Made by a program: the position numbers and the translations under genes. A stretch of 64,000 nucleotides of DNA, from assembly GCA_020137815.1 (NCBI GenBank), contig CM035351.1:62001-126000 (forward strand), given 5' to 3'. Of the stretch, positions 60,150 to 64,000 are shown piece by piece. The DNA comes from Hormiphora californensis. Lineage: Eukaryota; Animalia; Ctenophora. Below the pieces are notes generated by a model that made no database searches, was not told the DNA's origin, and saw only the letters and a list, made by a program, of their open reading frames with translations. The number at the start of each line of letters is the position of its first letter. Within the stretch, counting starts at the first letter, position 1.

Positions 60150-63100
60150 TCCCCATGTTTTCAGATAAGACAGGTATAACGTCTTGCTATAACTCCATAT
60201 TTTCAGATAAGACAGGTATCACTGATATCCACAATAACAATTCCCCCATGTTTTCAGATAAGACAGGCATAACGTCTTACCATAACAAATTCCCCATGTT
60301 TTCAGATAAGACATATTCCCCCATGTTTTCAGATAAGACAGGTATCACAGATATCCACACACATCTTATTTTCAGATAAGACAGGTATCACTGATATCCA
60401 CACACATCTTATTTTCAGATAAGACAGGTATCACTGATATCCACACACATCTTGTTTTCAGATAAGACAGGTATCACTGATATCCACACACATCTTGTTT
60501 TCAGATAAGACAGGTATCACTGATATCCACACACATCTTGTTTTCAGATAAGACAGGTATCACAGATATCCACACACATCTTGTTTTCAGATAAGACAGG
60601 TATCACAGATATCCACACACATCTTGTTTTCAGATAAGACAGGTATCACTGATATCCACACACATCTTGTTTTCAGATAAGACAGGTATCACTGATATCC
60701 ACACACATCTTGTTTTCAGATAAGACAGGTATCACTGATATCCACACACATCTTGTTTTCAGATAAGACAGGTATCACTGATATCCACACACATCTTGTT
60801 TTCAGATAAGACAGGTATCACTGATATCCACACACATCTTGTTTTCAGATAAGACAGGTATCACTGATATCCACACACATCTTGTTTTCAGATAAGACAG
60901 GTATCACTGATATCCACACACATCTTGTTTTCAGATAAGACAGGTATCACTGATATCCACACACATCTTGTTTTCAGATAAGACAGGTATCACTGATATC
61001 CACACACATCTTGTTTTCAGATAAGACAGGTATCACTGATATCCACACACATCTTGTTTTCAGATAAGACAGGTATCACTGATATCCACACACATCTTGT
61101 TTTCAGATAAGACAGGTATCACTGATATCCACACACATCTTGTTTTCAGATAAGACAGGTATCACTGATATCCACACACATCTTGTTTTCAGATAAGACA
61201 GGTATCACTGATATCCACACACATCTTGTTTTCAGATAAGACAGGTATCACTGATATCCACACACATCTTGTTTTCAGATAAGACAGGTATCACTGATAT
61301 CCACACACATCTTGTTTTCAGATAAGACAGGTATCACTGATATCCACACACATCTTGTTTTCAGATAAGACAGGTATCACTGATATCCACACACATCTTG
61401 TTTTCAGATAAGACAGGTATCACTGATATCCACACACATCTTGTTTTCAGATAAGACAGGTATCACTGATATCCACACACATCTTGTTTTCAGATAAGAC
61501 AGGTATCACTGATATCCACACACATCTTGTTTTCAGATAAGACAGGTATCACTGATATCCACACACATCTTGTTTTCAGATAAGACAGGTATCACTGATA
61601 TCCACACACATCTTGTTTTCAGATAAGACAGGTATCACTGATATCCACACACATCTTGTTTTCAGATAAGACAGGTATCACTGATATCCACACACATCTT
61701 GTTTTCAGATAAGACAGGTATCACTGATATCCACACACATCATTGTTTTCAGATAAGACAGGTATCACTGATATCCACACACATCTTGTTTTCAGATAAG
61801 ACAGGTATCACTGATATCCACACACATCTTGTTTTCAGATAAGACAGGTATCACTGATATCCACACACATCTTGTTTTCAGATAAGACAGGTATCACTGA
61901 TATCCACACACATCTTGTTTTCAGATAAGACAGGTATCACTGATATCCACACACATCTTGTTTTCAGATAAGACAGGTATCACTGATATCCACACACATC
62001 TTGTTTTCAGATAAGACAGGTATCACTGATATCCACACACATCTTGTTTTCAGATAAGACAGGTATCACTGATATCCACACACATCTTGTTTTCAGATAA
62101 GACAGGTATCACTGATATCCACACACATCTTGTTTTCAGATAAGACAGGTATCACTGATATCCACACACATCTTGTTTTCAGATAAGACAGGTATCACTG
62201 ATATCCACACACATCTTGTTTTCAGATAAGACAGGTATCACTGATATCCACAATAACAATTTCCTGTTTTCAGATAAGACAGGTATCACTGATATCCACA
62301 CACATCTTGTTTTCAGATAAGACAGGTATCACTGATATCCACACACATCTTGTTTTCAGATAAGACAGGTATCACTGATATCCACACACATCTTGTTTTC
62401 AGATAAGACAGGTATCACTGATATCCACACACATCTTGTTTTCAGATAAGACAGGTATCACTGATATCCACACACATCTTGTTTTCAGATAAGACAGGTA
62501 TCACTGATATCCACACACATCTTGTTTTCAGATAAGACAGGTATCACTGATATCCACACACATCTTGTTTTCAGATAAGACAGGTATCACTGATATCCAC
62601 ACACATCTTGTTTTCAGATAAGACAGGTATCACTGATATCCACACACATCTTGTTTTCAGATAAGACAGGTATCACTGATATCCACACACATCTTGTTTT
62701 CAGATAAGACAGGTATCACTGATATCCACACACATCTTGTTTTCAGATAAGACAGGTATCACTGATATCCACACACATCTTGTTTTCAGATAAGACAGGT
62801 ATCACTGATATCCACACACATCTTGTTTTCAGATAAGACAGGTATCACTGATATCCACACACATCTTGTTTTCAGATAAGACAGGTATCACTGATATCCA
62901 CACACATCTTGTTTTCAGATAAGACAGGTATCACTGATATCCACACACATCTTGTTTTCAGATAAGACAGGTATCACATGATATCCACACATCTTGTTTT
63001 CAGATAAGACAGGTATCACTGATATCCACACACATCTTGTTTTCAGATAAGACAGGTATCACTGATATCCACACACATCTTGTTTTCAGATAAGACAGGT

Positions 63101-64000
63101 ATCACTGATATCCACACACATCTTGTTTTCAGATAAGACAGGTATCACTGATATCCACACACATCTTGTTTTCAGATAAGACAGGTATCACTGATATCCA
63201 CACACATCTTGTTTTCAGATAAGACAGGTATCACTGATATCCACACACATCTTGTTTTCAGATAAGACAGGTATCACTGATATCCACACACATCTTGTTT
63301 TCAGATAAGACAGGTATCACTGATATCCACACACATCTTGTTTTCAGATAAGACAGGTATCACTGATATCCACACACATCTTGTTTTCAGATAAGACAGG
63401 TATCACTGATATCCACACACATCTTGTTTTCAGATAAGACAGGTATCACTGATATCCACACACATCTTGTTTTCAGATAAGACAGGTATCACTGATATCC
63501 ACACACATCTTGTTTTCAGATAAGACAGGTATCACTGATATCCACACACATCTTGTTTTCAGATAAGACAGGTATCACTGATATCCACACACATCTTGTT
63601 TTCAGATAAGACAGGTATCACTGATATCCACACACATCTTGTTTTCAGATAAGACAGGTATCACTGATATCCACACACATCTTGTTTTCAGATAAGACAG
63701 GTATCACTGATATCCACACACATCTTGTTTTCAGATAAGACAGGTATCACTGATATCCACACACATCTTGTTTTCAGATAAGACAGGTATCACTGATATC
63801 CACACACATCTTGTTTTCAGATAAGACAGGTATCACTGATATCCACACACATCTTGTTTTCAGATAAGACAGGTATCACTGATATCCACACACATCTTGT
63901 TTTCAGATAAGACAGGTATCACTGATATCCACACACATCTTGTTTTCAGATAAGACAGGTATCACTGATATCCACACACATCTTGTTTTCAGATAAGACA
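60150..64000 (+). repeat. 43-bp tandem array (~90 copies, running off the window) made of the acceptor and the start of the next MAN2A exon
   Basis: Unit cacacacatcttgttttcAG|ATAAGACAGGTATCACTGATATC; joined to the phase-1 donor at 59897 it reads WRQSW-D-KTGITDI, the expected continuation of mannosidase II. Confidence 0.9.

Overview
Intron-rich animal genomic DNA; the gene content and repeat style suggest a ctenophore-like basal metazoan (inference, not established). Genes: the 3' end of an X11/Mint (APBA) gene (+); a tightly packed minus-strand cluster LENG1 > ABT1 > AFG2A/SPATA5 > MPND that looks like a trans-spliced operon; a rhodopsin-like GPCR (-); a gene joining a degenerate microbial-type PARG (DUF2263-like) domain to four WWE domains, possibly linked upstream to a copine-type C2 domain (-); and the 5' half of Golgi alpha-mannosidase II (+). 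Mobile DNA: an intact CR1-type LINE, an intact RTE LINE, a CRE-like remnant and many MITEs, including a 1.44 kb near-perfect foldback. About 28.0-36.9 kb is largely low-quality sequence around a 100-N gap. The main unexplained pattern is that exon edges plus their splice site are copied into the neighbouring intron at about 15 junctions in 4-5 genes (2 to ~90 copies). The non-coding copies differ from the real exon almost only at synonymous positions and keep AG/GT despite different intron flanks, as if they were archived snapshots of functional alleles.
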